NCBI RefSeq assembly: GCF_009834535.1
Contig: NC_045702.1
Span: 81,778,001-81,842,000, forward strand
DNA length: 64,000 bases
Direction of reading: 5' to 3'
Origin: Camelus ferus
Taxonomy: Eukaryota
Under the pieces are notes generated by a model. That model was given only the letters and a program-made list of their open reading frames with translations. It had not been told where the DNA came from and made no database searches. Positions 60,898 through 64,000 of the stretch are shown in pieces. A program made the translations under genes and the position numbers. Within the stretch, counting starts at the first letter, position 1; each line of letters starts with the position of its first letter.

Positions 60898-63800
60898 AAT
60901 ATATGCATTTTATATGTGTCAACTATAACAATATTTTCCACAGTGATCTCAACCATTTCTATTACGTTCAGAAAATCAAACATATATTTATATTTTGCAA
61001 CATTTTTTAAATGTTGCTTAATTATAACATAAAGATTGCTTAAATTTCATAAAAAATATCATGATATTTTCCACTATTAAACAAAGATAGTCTAGCTGAC
61101 CTTATTCTAAATTCAAAGTAAATCATGGAAGATGGGCTTCTGTATATTAATTTTGGGGGAGGAAAGGTCCCACTAGGCCCATCAGAAGGAGAGGCCAAGC
61201 AAATATCCACATGGCAGTCATGTCCTTTGACAACTGAAACAATGCTATGGTTTCTATAAGATGAATGTAATCGTTGATGGCTCAAAGTAATTTTATTCCT
61301 TCCTGAGAAGATTGCAAACCGTAATTTGCCAAAATTTGTCTTCACTCTCTAAATATAATTCTATATTAATAGATTAAGATTTCAAGGTCAGGAAGTAAGT
61401 CAAAAAATGTAAAAGAAAGTCAATTCAAGCAACTGTCACGTGCAATGCAGTGTTATTAAAAAGAGTCCTTAAACCTACTAGTGGTTCAGAGAAGCACTTG
61501 GAGCCAAATGACCGCATCTCATCATGTGGGTCTTCTCCCTGTCCCAACTCACTCCTGTGTATAAAGTTTTTAACACTTTAGAAACAAGGGCAGAAGAGAG
61601 GAAAGAAGCAGGTAGACAGTATCCCTGATCCAAATGGCAACTGAGAAACCAGTTTCTAAATAACCTGTCACCATTTTTTAATATTTTAGTTCCATAAACG
61701 CAGGGTATATCTACAATTATTATTTTCAGCAGCCTCCTTTGTTGTCCAAACAGAATCCAAGCATTCCACACAGAAGCACCCCTTTTTTTGCAACGTGTAA
61801 CAAATCACAGAAATCTTCTTTTCCGCCTCACCCCCGTTCCTAGTTTGTGAGGAAAAACAAAACCAGTAAAAAAATTACCACTATGTAATTTTTAGAAGAA
61901 CTAGTCACTAATATAATTAGTACATAACTTACTCTATTTTAATATGCATAACGTAGGTTATCTATTATGTTAATATATTACACATACTATAATTAATGTA
62001 GATATAAGGACTAGTCATTAGAAGAACCAGTATTTGTGTCTTCCTTTACAAAGTCCACAAAGATACCACCCTGACGAGGAAACCGCTGTGGCTGCAGAGG
62101 AGAAGTTCATGCCGATGTGATGGGCTGTGATGCCCTCCGAACCCCATGTCTGGCAGATGGCAGGACAGGGAGCTGCTCTCAGTGGTCAGACTCTGGGACA
62201 GTGGGTGGGCCCCTGTTTTCTGAAGAGCTTCCCAACTGTTCTGCTGTAACAAAGCCAGCTGACACTGTCCCTTCCTCCTGTCCTTCCATAGGATAGCAAG
62301 TTGTTCCCTTTTTTCTTTGGATACTCTCTCTTCCTCCAGCGGGGCAGGCCATGGGGGAGGCCAGTCCAGCCCAGCCCGTGAGTCCAGGGGGCTCTCTCCT
62401 ATCTCAGCCGCCTCCTCCGTTTCTCCCTGCAGCGGGCAGAGTCCCTTTAATCAGCTGTTCTGTAACTCAGAGTTGCAGGATCTCAGACTTACATCTAGTG
62501 ATGGATAGACTAGATCCTTAAAAGCCCGATTTGCTCCAAGGCTATTGAGCTTAGATAGAAAAGGAGCAGCGCTGTGCTGTTTAATGTTTAATAAGGCAAT
62601 ATACACAAAGCAGTTAGCCTGGGACCTGTCACACGGTAAGTTCTCAGAAAACGTTGGCCCCTAATACCAACCCTCTCATTCCTGCTGCTGCTCTTGCTAC
62701 TAGACCTCTGGGAGGTCAAGGCCAAAGCCGTGCTGCTTTCATTGCGACCTTGTGCATTTCTTTCCTCTGGGCCCCACGGGGAGGGGTCTCTTCTGGAAGA
62801 CATGGTTCAGCTCTCCTAACACCCTTGGTGTCAACTTGGAGCACCCCACCCCGCCTCTTCTGACAAAGCAGAGTTTAGAGACTTTACCTGACCTTCTCAA
62901 AAATGGGTAGGACTTTTTTTTTTCTGAAAGTAAATTCAAGGGCATGATTACTCCGTAGTTTTAGTTCAAAACTTCCTTGCCATGAAAAAAGAAAAAAACA
63001 GGAGTAGGGGGACAAAAATTTTTAAGTCTGACTTCTCTGTCATGTCTGCCAATTTTCCACTCATTCTAACAGATCCTAATTTTTTTGGAATTTGATGAAT
63101 AACCCATTCCATTCTCAGCGCAACATGCAAAATGGCGATATTACATCCTTTTCCAAGAAGAAAACGCACTGTAAAACGGAAAGATGTTGAAATACAACAG
63201 CGTGGAATGACTTGGCCAAGGACTAAGGCTCATGAACTAGCAGCATCTAGAAAATCCCTGAATCCTGTGGCGTTTGTTCTCCGAGGTGTTACATCTTCTG
63301 ATAACGCAGAATCCTATCAACCATGATGCCCTTTGGTAGGAACTTAGGGATTTGAGCCATGATACCCACCAGGTGTAAGGGAAAAGGAAAAAGCACATAC
63401 AGTAAAGTACGTACATGAGGTTCAGCTAGAACTGCTGATTTAAATAACTAAACAAACAAGCCAGTGCTTGGAAAGTTCAACCATTTAAGGTACACAGATA
63501 CTCAAAACATCCCAAGAGCCCCAAGCCAGGATCTGTTATTTAAGTGACATGCTAGGAGGCTGCTAGGAGGCTTCAAATACTGGGTGGAAATAGCTAATTA
63601 GGAACAGGAGGTTAGGCTCCCCAGTGCAATCTCTGCTTCTTGTTGAGTCCTTCTGCAGGAGGGATGGAGGACAGTAACAGCAAGGACAGTGCATCTGGAA
63701 TTCTGAGCCAAGGAGAAAAAAGGAGTCTGTTTTAACTTGTATTTTACCAATGTGATTTCAAGAACCAGAGAGAATAAATCCTTTATCAACAGCAGTCTAG

Positions 63801-64000
63801 CACGTTGAGCTTAGGTGTGTCTCCCAAGAGCTAGGACTTCTTCTCTTGGAACCATCATCATCGTAATCCTCGTAATTGCCATGGTTACTATTAACTGTGG
63901 ACTAGGGTGTTTTCTGGGCTGTCTCATGATTCTTGGCAAGATGCACCTGACGCACACTTCCCCTTATTCTTTAAAGCATCATTATTTTAAGTGATAACAG

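Noticed and set aside
61880-62035. AT-rich segment flanked by tagaagaac(t/c)agt, possible MITE
   Set aside because: Terminal inverted similarity is only ~7 bp; compatible with low-complexity drift.

Overview
Mammalian genomic DNA from inside the GLI3 gene (Hedgehog-pathway zinc-finger transcription factor), transcribed on the minus strand. Six internal coding exons are recognisable: 53188-53393, 49746-49892, 44902-45103, 32632-32845, 31893-32006 and 30197-30337. By analogy to the human gene structure as I recall it, these are exons 5-10. All have canonical AG/GT boundaries and splice into one uninterrupted 1,024-nt reading frame covering the repressor-domain region, the SUFU-binding SYGHL motif and the start of zinc finger 1. 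The rest is intron: 1-30196 is part of the very long intron 10, and 53394-64000 is part of intron 4. The tRNA-derived SINEs and short L1 3' ends resemble camelid (vic-1-type) elements, so the source is probably a camel, alpaca or llama (inference). There are five short N gaps. I found no support for a wholly new gene or biological system. The best leads are non-coding: a strong CTCF site with its upstream motif, several homeobox/PBX-HOX-rich candidate enhancers (one cut by a gap), a 63-bp higher-order acidic-codon repeat, and inverted lineage-specific retroelements bracketing exons. Repeat family names and cross-species comparisons come from memory of consensus sequences, not from searches.
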